A program made the position numbers and the translations under genes. A stretch of DNA of 47,037 nt from Macrostomum lignano (Eukaryota), in contig NIVC01004400.1 of NCBI GenBank assembly GCA_002269645.1, forward strand, positions 1 through 47,037, given 5' to 3'. Shown here in pieces: positions 22,001-33,897 of the stretch (position 1 is its first letter; each line of letters opens with the position of its first letter). Below the pieces are notes generated by a model, which saw only the letters and a program-made list of their open reading frames with translations, ran no database searches and was not told where the DNA came from.

Positions 22001-25000
22001 GGCGGTGGGGAGAGGCGGTGGGGAGAGGCAGAGGGGAAAGACGGAGGGGAGAGGCGGTGGGGAGAGGCGGTGGGGAGGGCAGAGGGGAGAGACGGTGGGT
22101 AGAGGCAGAAGGGAGAGACGGTGGGGAGAGGCAGAAGGGAGAGACATAGGGAGAGGCAGAAGGGAGAGACGGTGGGGAGAGGCAGAAGGGAGAGACATAG
22201 GGAGAGGCAGAAGGGAGAGACGGTGGGGAGAGGCAGAAGGGAAAGACGGTGGGTAGAGGCAGAAGGGAGAGCCGGAGGGGAGAGGCAGAAGGGAAAGACG
22301 GTGGGTAGAGGCAGAAGGGAGAGACGGTGGGGAGAGGCAGAAGGGAGAGACGGTGGGGAGAGGCAGAAGGGAGAGACGGTGGGGAGAGGCAGAAGGGAGA
22401 GACGGTGGGGAGAGGCAGAAGGGAGAGACGGTGGGTAGAGGCAGAAGGGAGAGACGGTGGGGAGAGGCAGAAGGGAAAGACGGTGGGGAGAGGCAGAAGG
22501 GAAAGACGGTGGGGAGAGGCAGAAGGGAGAGACGGTGGGGAGAGGCAGAAGGGAGAGACGGAGGGGAGAGGCAGAAGGGAGAGACGGAGGGGAGAGGCAG
22601 AAGGGAGAGCCGGAGGGGAGAGGCAGAAGGGAAAGACGGTGGGTAGAGGCAGAAGGGAGAGACGGTGGGGAGAGGCAGAAGGGAGAGACGGTGGGTAGAG
22701 GCAGAAGAAGAGACGGTGGGTAGAGGCAGAAGGAAGAGACGGTGGGTAGAGGCAGAAGGAAGAGACGGTGGGTAGAGGCAGAGTAAAGAGGCGGACGTGA
22801 CAGGCGGAGGGGAGAGACTGAGACAGGACTGTCCGCTAACCATGCGGGCAGGCACATGTGTCCCATTCCCACTCACTTGTTAGTTTTGGTCACGGCCTCC
22901 GAGTCTGACATGAACGGGCGGTACGGATCGCTGAAAAGAAAAAAAGACGGTACGGTGCTGCTAAATAATTGAAGGGCAAACCCATCGAATATCCAAGCGG
23001 GGCAGATAAAAATTATTTCGGGCTCCCTGCCTGCCTGCACTCACTCGCCATACACCGATGAGGTACTGGCCACGGGAGCTCTGATGTCACGCATGCTGCG
23101 AGTGTCAATGGCCGGTCTGAAGTGCGAGGGGGCGGGCAATGCGTATCCACACTCATCACTGAGGCAGTGATGCTACTCATCACTGAGGCAGTGATGCTAC
23201 TCATCACTGAGGCAGTGATGCTACTCATCACTGAGGCAGTGATGCTACTCATCACTGAGGCAGTGATGCTACTCATCACTGAGGCAGTGATGCTACTCAT
23301 CACTGAGGCACTGATGCTACTCATCACTGAGGCACTGATGCTACTCATCACTGAGGCACTGATGCTACTCATCACTGAGGCACTGATGCTACTCATCACT
23401 GAGGCACTGATGCTACTCATCACTGAGGCACTGATGCTACTCATCACTGAGGCAGTGATGCTACTCATCACTGAGGCAGTGATGCTACTCATCACTGAGG
23501 CAGTGATGCTACTCATCACTGAGGCACTGATGCTACTCATCACTGAGGCACTGATGCTACTCATCACTGAGGCACTGATGCTACTCATCACTGAGGCACT
23601 GATGCTACTCATCACTGAGGCACTGATGCTACTCATCACTGAGGCACTGATGCTACTCATCACTGAGGCACTGATGCTACTCATCACTGAGGCACTGATG
23701 CTACTCATCACTGAGGCACTGATCCTGCAATACTCATCACTGAGGCACTGATGCTACTCATCACTGAGGCACTGATCCTGCAATACTCATCACTGAGGCA
23801 CTGATGCTACTCATCACTGAGGCACTGATCCTGCAATACTCATCACTGAGGCACTGATCCTGCAATACTCATCACTGAGGCACTGATGCTACTCATCACT
23901 GAGGCACTGATCCTGCAATACTCATCACTGAGGCACTGATCCTGCAATACTCATCACTGAGGCACTGATGCTACTCATCACTGAGGCAGTGATGCTACTC
24001 ATCACTGAGGCAGTGATGCTACTCATCACTGAGGCAGTGATGCTACTCATCACTGAGGCAGTGATGCTACTCATCACTGAGGCAGTGATGCTACTCATCA
24101 CTGAGGCACTGATGCTACTCATCACTGAGGCACTGATGCTACTCATCACTGAGGCACTGATGCTACTCATCACTGAGGCACTGATGCTACTCATCACTGA
24201 GGCACTGATGCTACTCATCACTGAGGCACTGATGCTACTCATCACTGAGGCACTGATGCTACTCATCACTGAGGCACTGATGCTACTCATCACTGAGGCA
24301 CTGATGCTACTCATCACTGAGGCACTGATGCTACTCATCACTGAGGCACTGATGCTACTCATCACTGAGGCACTGATGCTACAATGCTACAAAGGTAGCA
24401 GACAAAAGTGCGAATACACCTGAATCAATAGCAATCTTCAAGCCAATGCCAAGTCAGAATTGTTACTCACCTGTTGCGCATTCTCCGCTGCTGCTGCTGC
24501 TGCAGGTGCAGTTGGTGCTGCGAAGCCTCCTGCTGCCGAGGATCGTGCAGCCACTGGTCTGAGTGTTCGAACTCGCGACGTCTGGGCCGCCGGTAAGCCG
24601 CCGTCTCGGCCGCTTCCGAGCTGGCGGCGTTGCCAGACGCCTGTCGGAATGACGGATCGATGCCCGAGCTGCGGTGGGTGGGGCCGAGTTGCAGATTTTT
24701 GTGTCTATTTTTTTCTTCTTTGGTCACTGGGGTCTCTACTTCTCTGTGCTTTTCAAGCATCTTTTGCAAGCCTGGTCCTTCAGGGTGTTGCAGCCCCCCT
24801 TTCCCCCGGCTCTAGAGGGTGTTGCAGCCCCCTTTCTTGTGGAACTTCAGGGTGTTGCAGCCCCTTTCCCCGGCTTTTGAGGGTGTTGCAGCCCCCTTTC
24901 CCTCAGCCCTTCAGGGTGTTGCAGCCCCCTTTCCCCCGCTTCAGGGCGTTTCGGCCCCCTTTTCCCGACACTATAGGGCACTGTCTACCCATTTGACGAT

Positions 25001-28000
25001 CTCAAAATTTTAATTCTCTTAGCAGACTCACCGGAAAAACTCCAAGTGCTCGCAGCAGGTCTCCCACAGCTCCTGCAGTTGGTGCTTGTCGTCGGTGCGA
25101 AACTCGTGAATGCCGCCCTCCTCCTGGGCGGGAGGGGGGGTTGAAATTCAGTGATGATTTTTGTCAATTATGCCTGCAGAAAATGCCGCTTTTTAGCATT
25201 GAATTTCCTCTAGCGGTTGAGAACATTTAGAAAGTAAAATATCCCAGTCTACACAGGTACTATACTCAACCCCAGTCTACTCCACCACTGTCTACTCCAT
25301 CAGTCTACTCCACCTGTCTACTCTACCACTGTCTACTCCATTAGTCTACTCCACCCATCTACTCCACCCAGTCTACTCTACCACAAGCTACTCCACCCCA
25401 GTCTACTCTACCACAAGCTACTCCACCCCAGTCTACTCTACCACAAGCTACTCCACCCCAGTCTACTCTACCACAAGCTACTCCACCCCAGTCTACTCTA
25501 CCACAAGCTACTCCACCCCAGTCTACTCTACCACAAGCTACTCCACCCCAGTCTACTAGCATTGTGAGCACTAGCAATCAGCTAGTACCCTAGCAAGCCG
25601 CTAACAGTTAATGGCGAAAGCGAAAATGGAAAATAGTTCATTAATTGCAGCTCAAGAGGACTCGCAATTTATTTCGCTCGTTCGTTTTTACAGCTAAAAA
25701 GCTTTTTAAAGCAACGTTACAGACAGAATTGCAGACCCAGTAGGGCTTATTGATGCATGGCAGAGCAGCAAAAAGCGGGCCTGATTAAATTGCAATATTT
25801 TTAATTGCCAATGCCTAGCAGTTGATATTCGATTTGCAAATGGGAAATACTCGTTTTTGTAATGAGAAATACTTCTGTCGGAGTGGATGGGAATGGGATG
25901 ATGGATCGGCTGATATGGTAGTCTCCGCATCTATGAGCTGCTCCTTCAGTGAGTCCCCGCCCCCATACCTTCAGTGAGTCTCCGCCCCCATACCTTCAAG
26001 AGTCCCCGCCCCCATACCTTCAGTGAGTCCCCGCCCCCATACCTTCAGTGAGTCCCCGCCCCCATACCTTCAGTGAGTCCCCGCCCCCATACCTTCAGTG
26101 AGTCCCCGCCCCCATACCTTCAGTGAGTCCCCGCCCCCATACCTTCAGTGAGTCCCCGCCCCCATACCTTCAGTGAGTCCCCGCCCCCATACCTTCAGTG
26201 AGTCCCCGCCCCCATACCTTCAGTGAGTCCCCGCCCCCATACCTTCAGTGAGTCCCCGCCCCCATACCTTCAGTGAGTCCCCGCCCTCATACCTTCAGTG
26301 AGTCCCCGCCCCCATACCTTCAGTGAGTCCCCGCCCCCATACCTTCAGTGAGTCCCCGCCCCCATACCTTCAGTGAGTCCCCGCCCCCATACCCTCAGTG
26401 AGTCCCCGCCCCCATACCCTCCGTGAGTCCCCGCCCCTTACCTTCAGTGAGTCCCCGCCCCCATACCTTCAGTGAGTCCCCGCCCCCATACCTTCAGTGA
26501 GTCCCCGCCCCCATACCTTCAGTGAGTCCCCGCCCCCATACCTTCAGTGAGTCCCCGCCCCCATACCTTCAGTGAGTCCCCGCCCCCATACCTTCAGTGA
26601 GTCCCCGCCCCCATACCTTCAGTGAGTCCCCGCCCCCATACCTTCAGTGAGTCCCCGCCCCCATACCTTCAGTGAGTCCCCGCCCCCATACCTTCAGTGA
26701 GTCCCCGCCCCCATACCTTCAGTGAGTCCCCGCCCCCATACCTTCAGTGAGTCCCCGCCCCCATACCTTCAGTGAGTCCCCGCCCCCATACCTTCAGTGA
26801 GTCCCCGCCCCCATACCTTCAGTGAGTCCCCGCCCCCATACCTTCAGTGAGTCCCCGCCCCCATACCTTCAGTGAGTCCCCGCCCCCATACCTTCAGTGA
26901 GTCCCCGCCCCCATACCTTCAGTGAGTCCCCGCCCCCATACCTTCAGTGAGTCCCCGCCCCCATACCTTCAGTGAGTCCCCGCACCCATACCTTCAGTGA
27001 GCCCGCGAGTTTGAGTTGTTCTGCATCCAAACGGCCACACGCTTAAACACAATAAAGTCAATCCTGACTGTGTGGTTTTCTGACAGATCTGTCAGTCAAA
27101 AACGATCTGTTATTCTGTCTGGCGCCTGTCTGCAGCTTCGAGCATTGGTTTGTAAAATTTCATGGCTCTATTGCAGAATGTTCACATTTTAATTTGATTG
27201 CTTTGATAAGTTTTAATTAACAGAGGGAATCAAGATGACTAGCGAATATCTATAGCAGGATTAAAGCTAAGGATTAGCGATAACTCAACTTACCGCCTTG
27301 GACCGAACTTTCATCACCATGCGATGCTTCTTAAGCTGAAACTTCTTAATCCTTGGCCTGAAAAGCAGCGTTTGTTTTGGTTGCATCGTTTAACCAAGGC
27401 AATGCTTGTGTTTAAGCTAAGGTATTGCTTGTGTTTGAGCTAGGCAATGCTTGTGTTTAAGCTAAGGTATTGCTTGTGTTTGAGCTAGGCAATGCTTGTG
27501 TTTAAGCTAAGGTATTGCTTGTGTTTGAGCTAGGCAATGCTTGTGTTTAAGCTAAGGTATTGCTTGTGTTTGAGCTAGGCAATGCTTGTGTTTAAGCTAA
27601 GGTAATGCTTGTGTTTGAGCTAGGCAATGCTTGTGTTTAAGCTAAGGTAATGCTTGTGTTTGAGCTAGGCAATGCTTGTGTTTAAGCTAAGGTATTGCTT
27701 GTGTTTGAGCTAGGCAATGCTTGTGTTTAAGCTAAGGTATTGCTTGTGTTTGAGCTAGGCAATGCTTGTGTTTAAGCTAAGGTATTGCTTGTGTTTGAGC
27801 TAGGCAATGCTTGTGTTTAAGCTAAGGTATTGCTTGTGTTTGAGCTAGGCAATGCTTGTGTTTAAGCTAAGGTATTGCTTGTGTTTGAGCTAGGCAATGC
27901 TTGTGTTTAAGCTAAGGTATTGCTTGTGTTTGAGCTAGGCAATGCTTGTGTTTAAGCTAAGGTAATGCTTGTGTTTGAGCTAGGCAATACTTGTGTTTAA

Positions 28001-31000
28001 CCAAGGCAATGCTTTTGTTTAACCAAGGCAATGCTTGTGTTTAACCAAGGCAATGCTTGTGTTTAAGCTAGGCAATGCTTGTAGGCAATGCTTGTGTTTA
28101 ACCAAGGCAATGCTTGTGTTTAAGCTAGGCAAAGCTTGTTTTTAAGCTAGGCAATGCTTGTGTTTAAGCTAGGCAATGCTTGTGCTTAACCAAGGCAATG
28201 CTTGTGTTTAAGCTAGGCAATGCTTGTGTTTAAGCTAGGCAATGCTTGTGTTTAAGCTAGGCAATGCTTGTGTTTAAGCTAGGCAATGCTTGTGTTTAAG
28301 CTAGGCAATGCTTGTGTTTAAGCTAGGCAATGCTTGTGTTTAAGCTAGGCAATGCTTGTGTTTAAGCTAGGCAATGCTTGTGTTTAACCAAGGCAATGCT
28401 TGTGTTTAAGCTAGGCAATGCTTGTAGGCAATGCTTGTGTTTAACCAAGGCAATGCTCGTGTTTAAGCTAGGCAATGCTTGTAGGCAATGCTTGTGTTTA
28501 ACCAAGGCAATGCTCGTGTTTAAGCTAGGCAATGCTCGTGTTTAAGCTAGGCAATGCTTGTAGGCAATGCTTGTGTTTAACCAAGGCAATGCTTGTGTTT
28601 AACCAAGGCAATGCTTGTGTTTAAGCTAGGCAATGCTTGTAGGCAATGCTTGTGTTTAACCAAGGCAATGCTCGTGTTTAAGCTAGGCAATGCTTGTAGG
28701 CAATGCTTGTGTTTAACCAAGGCAATGCTTGTGTTTAAGCTAGGCAAAGCTTGTGTTTAAGCTAGGCAATGCTTGTGTTTAAGCTAGGCAAAGCTTGTGT
28801 TTAAGCTAGGCAAAGCTTGTAGGCAAAGCTTGTGTTTAAGCTAAGGCTACCAGAGCAATATAAACCCAACACACTACGGAAAGGCAGAAATGCCGCTCAC
28901 CAGAAGAAGCAGGCCTGGCTGCCGGAAGCAGACTGGCTGCGCAGCACAATGCCAGTTGTCTCAATGCACAGAGTGGACCGGCTGCCGTCATCAAGCTGGA
29001 AATTTCCGATTCAGATTGACAATTTTTCAGCACAAATAAAAGCACTTTAATTTTAGCAGGATCTGCAACTTACTAGGACGCGGAAATTCACTCTGCCGTA
29101 GCCTTCCAACCATTTCACGTGACTGAGGAACTGGTACTCCGCCCTGCTGGCTGGCAGACCCCTTGATTAAGGGAGGAGGAGGTGAGGTATGAGTATAACA
29201 GCGCTGTCGGCAATTCTGGCCATCCGTTGACTACTGAGCACATGCGGTACTGTAAGCAGACACGCATTGAACCAGGGGTCGTGGCGCGACATCGAAGCGC
29301 AGGCGAAGGGGGGGGACAGACGCAGACTCACTTGAACATGCGGTACATGCTAGCCACCTCGGAGTCGATGCCGGGCCGCAGGTCGGCAAACAGGCTGTAG
29401 TTGTTCAACGGGAAACCCATCTGGTGGTCGAAGTCGCCGTGGTAAGCTAAAATATTTTTGTTTTAAATTACGAGCTCGTAATTACTTTGGTAGGCAATAC
29501 TGATTACCTGAGCTACATCTAGATGAGATCCTGAACTCACAGCTACATCTAGGGGGAGATCCTGAACTCACAGCTACATCTAGGGGGAGATCCTGAACTC
29601 ACAGCTACATCTAGGGGGAGATCCTGAACTCACAGCTACATCTAGGGGGAGATCCTGAACTCACAGCTACATCTAGGGGGAGATCCTGAACTCACAGCTA
29701 CATCTAGATGAGATCCTGAACTCACAGCTACATCTAGGGGGAGATCCTGAACTCACAGCTACATCTAGGGGGAGATCCTGAACTCACAGCTACATCTAGA
29801 TGAGATCCTGAACTCACAGCTACATCTAGGGGGAGATCCTGAACTCACAGCTACATCTAGGGGGGGATCCTGAACTGACAGCTACATCTAGGGGGAGATC
29901 CTGAACTCACAGCTACATCTAGGGGGAGATCCTGAACTCACAGCTACATCTAGGGGGAGATTCTGAACCTACAGCTTCACCCTACCGGAGATTTTGAAAC
30001 CCAGCAACATCCCATGGGAAATTTCTAAAATCCAAAAACTATAAAAATTCAATCAGGCCCTCCAAAATTGGAAAGCCAGAGTGCACTGCGCGACTCACAC
30101 TGCAGCATGAGGGCGGCAAGGCGTGGCGCTTTGTCCCGCGGCACAACCACCGCCCCAGATTGAATGTCCTGAATAGTCTGAAGGAACACCTGCAGTCTGC
30201 GTGACAGCGTCACGCAGTTGAGGAATTATTTAGGTTAATAAAAAAGCTGCGAAAATTATTCGTTCTGAATCGAAAGCCCGAGTTTTAAGCTGGTTAGACT
30301 GTTGAAACAGAAGGAAAGAAATATTGAGTGTAGCATCTGGACTAACTATCAGTCATGGACATCTAGGTAATAAAATTGGGATTGAACACCAATCATTCAA
30401 GGACATCTAGCAAACCAAATTCGGATTCGACACTAACCATTATTCAAGGGCATCTGGCAAATCATTTCGGACTGGACATAGACCTAAGTGAAATTCTTCT
30501 CTAGTCTCAAAGCCATCTGACAAATAAGAGCTGGACTGGAAAATGATCAACATTCATTAGAATTTGTTTCTCACTATTCACAAGGACATCTATCTAGTAG
30601 AAACTTGGACTAGCGTCTGCAAAAAACCTTGAACAATATTAGTAATTATGTATAATTATGTAGGCAACAGAAGTGCATCTAGAAAATGCCACAGATATAG
30701 AAGCTCCACATGGCGCTATGAAAAGAAACTACTTCCGTATTAAAAAGGATATCCGCATATATTTAGCCGGCTAAACAGACAGTTTTACCGCGTTGTCTCG
30801 GACAGCTCCCGGCAGGGGTCGTTGGGATAAAACCGGATCGCCAGGAACAGCTGACAGGACTTCTCCCCAACCAGGTCGGACAGACCGCCACCTGCAGGGG
30901 ATCCGGCAGAGGGGGGGGGTGGAGGCGATGAGCAAATTGAGACAACAGAATGGGAAGTCTGGCCCCATTCCAAATAACGAATGCGGAGGGTATAAGAAAT

Positions 31001-32860
31001 GGATGCATGGGGAAGCGAGAAGGGCAGACAAACACCAGGGCGAGAGAGTCCCTCCATTAAACTGGGACTCTTTGGTATTTTAAACTGGTTTTAAGCAATA
31101 AGCATGGAGCCACATCGCACGGTGCAGCCATCCTGAAATCATTATTTAATGAGATACTCCCAAGAGGTGACGTCGGAGAAACACCCAGAAACACAGAAAT
31201 GCGGCATCAAGGAAGCCAAGAAGCTGGCCGCATCAGACCGGTTGCTACAGTCAAAAGCCCGCACAGTTTAGCTAAAAAATCATTGCCTCGCTTTTTTAAA
31301 ACGAAAAAGCCGCGCGGAACTTCTTCTATTAGAAGAGGAAATTTAAGGAAATTGGACCAAAGTGATCGGAACAAGCAGAAAACGGATGGCCAGAAGAGTG
31401 AGTGTTTCCATTCTTAGACAGCTAACGCAGGAATTCGAGCTCAATTCTCTTCAAATAAGCGCGCAGATTGCTCCTCGCCGCTGCAAAAACCAATTTCCAA
31501 GTCTTGGCGCAAAAGCAGCCCAAAACTGGCTGCTGAAAGCTTCTGACTGAGAATAGGAAACAAATCTATTTCCCCTAGACAGGCCAGAGTCTGGCTATAT
31601 TTGGGAACCCGTCTTTTTTATCTCAAAGCTAAGAAGCTTTCAATAACTATAAAAGCAAAAGATAAAAAGCCGCAACACGGATGCTAACGATGTTGCTTTT
31701 AGAAGAGCCAAAAATGACGTGGAAATTAATGTCGTCTCCCACCTCCACCGAAAAGCAGAGACACCTAAGAGAAACAACCATTCTAAAAGTAATTAACTCT
31801 CTTACTGAACTGCATTGACCCCTGTCTGTACTACCCGAAGCCTTGCATTGACCCCTGTCTGTACTACCCGAAGCCTTGCATTGACCCCTGTCTGTACTAC
31901 CCGAAGCCTTGCATTGACCCCTGTCTGTACTACCCCAAGCCTTGCATTGACCCCTGTCTGTACTAGGTGAAGCCTTGCATTGACCCCTGTCTGTACTAGG
32001 TGAAGCCTTGCATTGACCCCTGTCTGTACTAGGTGAAGCCTTGCATTGACTCCTGTTTGTACTGAACGAAGCCTTGCATTGACCCCTGTCTGTACTGGGC
32101 GAAGCCTTGCATTGACCCCTGTCTGTACTGAACGAAGCCTTGCATTGATCCCTGTCTGTACTGAACGAAGCCTTGCATTGATCCCTGTCTGTACTGAACG
32201 AAGCCTTGCATTGACCCCTGTCTGTACTGAACGAAGCCTTGCATTGACCCCTGTCTGTACTGAACGAAGCCTTGCATTGACCCCTGTCTGTACTGAACGA
32301 AGCCTTTCATTGACCCCTGTCTGTACTGAACGAAGCCTTGCATTGACCCCTGTCTGTACTGGGCGAAGCCTTGCATTGACCCCTGTCTGTACTGGGCCAA
32401 GCGTAGCCATGACCTCCCTAGAAGTGGCTCGTACCAATTTCCTTTACCCTAACTATGAAGCAATAAATTCAGGAAATGAACGTTTCCGAAAAGCCAGCCA
32501 AACGTGGCGGAACTGCAACACCCGATAGAGTTGCCAAATCGCAAATAGACGGATGTTCAGAAAAACACCGTGAGAGAAAGAACCCAATGTACGTTGCTGA
32601 AAACGACACAATAGACGGAAAACTTACGACAGCATTTAACTAAAGAGTGGACACTCTTGCGAACGTTGACCCATTGCTGAAATTGGGGAAAGGGTTTAAA
32701 CAGAGTTTACACGAGATTTTAGAGACACAGCAGAGTTTCAGGTGCAAAAACTCACCAGAGTCTTCCTCGAGTCCTGGTATCTCAGGCCAAAGAACTGCTG
32801 CTCGGGCACGCCGATGGAGTTCAGTACAGCGCGGAGCAGATCCTGGCCCTTGTGGTTGCC
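16010..32860 (-). CDS. EPB41L4A: FERM-domain protein, band 4.1-like 4A (EPB41L4A/NBL4)-like; exons 32860-32756, 32676-32628, 30891-30789, 30196-30099, 29446-29332, 29161-29074, 28995-28901, 27357-27294, 25123-25032, 24743-24471, 23116-23045, 22930-22877, 21335-21189, (20007-19993), 18750-18256, 17906-17807, 16159-16010
   Basis: All listed junctions are GT-AG and phase-compatible. Spliced product shows FERM motifs in order: KGQDLL...FFGLRYQD, QWVNVRK, AIRFYPNDPC..ETTR, FLQTIQDIQSG, LQSYHGDFD, AEYQFL..LEGYG, FFWPRIKK, LWETCCEHLEFFR, FERM-adjacent LGPTHRSSG; then VDSSGLSQEQLRQIEFTQL, resembling the recalled EPB41L4A motif VDPSGLSEEQLKEIPYTKI. Ends QTLV*. The acceptor at 24743 was chosen by homology; alternatives exist. 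Confidence 0.88.
16220..16680. repeat. Minisatellite, 21 bp unit (gggtgctggtcatgggttgct) plus a related 21 bp triplet, last FERM intron
   Basis: Direct tandem periodicity. Confidence 0.93.
17213..17690. repeat. Minisatellite, about 20 bp unit (attagtctaatgacacccag), last FERM intron
   Basis: Direct tandem periodicity, moderately diverged. Confidence 0.9.
17952..18232. repeat. Minisatellite, 35 bp unit (tgtgaacagccaggatcacagtgtgaaatcggcaa), about 8 copies, FERM intron
   Basis: Direct tandem periodicity. Confidence 0.95.
18812..19705. repeat. Minisatellite, 25 bp unit (catagttatccccactaatccctgc), about 35 copies, FERM intron
   Basis: Direct tandem periodicity. Confidence 0.95.
19993..20007 (-). 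CDS. Candidate 15-nt frame-preserving micro-exon of the FERM gene (LAWA)
   Basis: gtttgaccag acceptor and gag|gtattg donor; phase 2 to phase 2, matching both flanking exons. Confidence 0.45.
20273..20960. repeat. GA-rich minisatellite, 17-22 bp units (gagatggagaatacagt and variants), FERM intron
   Basis: Direct tandem periodicity. Confidence 0.93.
21445..22790. repeat. Purine-rich compound satellite: 13 bp (ggggagaggcggt / ggggagaggcaga) grading into 26 bp (agaggcagaagggagagacggtgggg), FERM intron
   Basis: Direct tandem periodicity with extreme G/A strand skew. Confidence 0.95.
23152..24382. repeat. Minisatellite, 24 bp unit (ctcatcactgaggcagtgatgcta) with internal hairpin, about 50 copies, FERM intron
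   Basis: Direct tandem periodicity; variants arranged in homogeneous blocks. Confidence 0.95.
24778..24965. repeat. Diverged minisatellite, about 27-30 bp unit (cagggtgttgcagccccctttcccc), FERM intron
   Basis: About 6 diverged tandem copies. Confidence 0.85.
25270..25558. repeat. Minisatellite, 30 bp unit (ccccagtctactctaccacaagctactcca), FERM intron
   Basis: About 6 perfect copies plus degenerate ctactcca units. Confidence 0.92.
25943..27001. repeat. Highly homogeneous minisatellite, 25 bp unit (ccttcagtgagtccccgcccccata), about 42 copies, FERM intron
   Basis: Direct tandem periodicity, near-identical units. Confidence 0.97.
27392..28843. repeat. Minisatellite, 22 bp unit (aatgcttgtgtttaagctaggc) with a 45 bp dimeric higher-order repeat in the first part, FERM intron
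   Basis: Direct tandem periodicity; alternating 23+22 bp units from about 27410 to 27990. Confidence 0.96.
29234..29290 (-). mobile_element. Internally deleted remnant of SINE family A, in a FERM intron
   Basis: ctgagcacatgc..tactgtaagcagacac joined directly to gaaccaggggtcg, both matching separate parts of 12976-13314. Confidence 0.45.
29510..29972. repeat. Minisatellite, 31 bp unit (tcctgaactcacagctacatctagggggaga), about 15 copies, FERM intron
   Basis: Direct tandem periodicity. Confidence 0.95.
31809..32398. repeat. Minisatellite, 33 bp unit (gcattgacccctgtctgtactgaacgaagcctt), about 18 copies, FERM intron
   Basis: Direct tandem periodicity. Confidence 0.95.
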
Positions 32861-33017
32861 CTGCGGGACGGGGAAGGCAGCGGGAACCACAAAAGTTGAC
32901 TGCCAGCCCAACCCTTACACTAACCCTAACCTAATCTTCGGCAGTCCAATGTCAGGTGCACGAGTCAGCGATGGTTAAATTAGTAAAAGAGATACTTGTA
33001 GTTATAATAGACTGTAT

Positions 33018-33718
33018 AGTCATCGCGGATGAAGGAATAGAATGGATTGCTAATCTATAGTCCCATCACAGATGAAGGAATAGAATGGATTGCTAATCTA
33101 TAGCCATCGCGGATGAAGGAATAGAATGGATTGCTAATCTATAGCCATCGCGGATGAAGGAATAGAATGGATTGCTAATCTATAGTCATCGCGGATGAAA
33201 GAATAGAATGGATTGCTAATCTATAGTCCCATCACAGATGAAGGAATAGAATGGATTGCTAATCTATAGCCATCGCGGATGAAGGAATAGAATGGATTGC
33301 TAATCTATAGCCATCGCGGATGAAGGAATAGAATGGATTGCTAATCTATAGTCATCGCGGATGAAAGAATAGAATGGATTGCTAATCTATAGTCCCATCA
33401 CAGATGAAGGAATAGAATGGATTGCTAATCTATAGCCATCGCGGATGAAGGAATAGAATGGATTGCTAATCTATAGCCATCGCGGATGAAGGAATAGAAC
33501 GGATTGCTAATCTATAGCCATCACTGATGAAGGAATAGAATGGATTGCTAATCTATAGCCATCGCGGATGAAGGAATAGAATGGATTGCTAATCTAGATA
33601 GTCCCATCACGGATGAAGGAATAGAATGGGTTGCTAATCTATGGTCCCATCACGGATGAAGGAATAGAATGGATTGCTAATCTATAGCCATCAATGATGA
33701 AGGAACAGAATGGATTGC
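33018..33718. repeat. Minisatellite, about 41 bp unit (gccatcgcggatgaaggaatagaatggattgctaatctata), about 17 copies
   Basis: Direct tandem periodicity with a recurring 4-unit higher-order pattern; in the probable 5' intron of the FERM gene. Confidence 0.95.
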
Positions 33719-33897
33719 AGACAGGCCCAAGCTCAATCAGAAAGTACACCAGCTATCAGTAATGACGTGAAGCGACACCTGGCGGAGGGGGCTGAAAATT
33801 CAATCACTCTCAGGCAGGCTGACAGACCTAAGTGACACGGATGATTTTTGCTCCGTAAACGCGGGGTTTAAAAATGCAGCCAGCCCAGGCGGCTCAC

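Noticed and set aside
32912-32934. Telomere-like ccctaaccctaacctaa
   Set aside because: Only about two perfect units; expected by chance.
17952-33718. CRISPR-like appearance of the 25-41 bp repeat arrays
   Set aside because: Units are directly adjacent with no unique spacers, there are no cas genes, and the sequence is eukaryotic.
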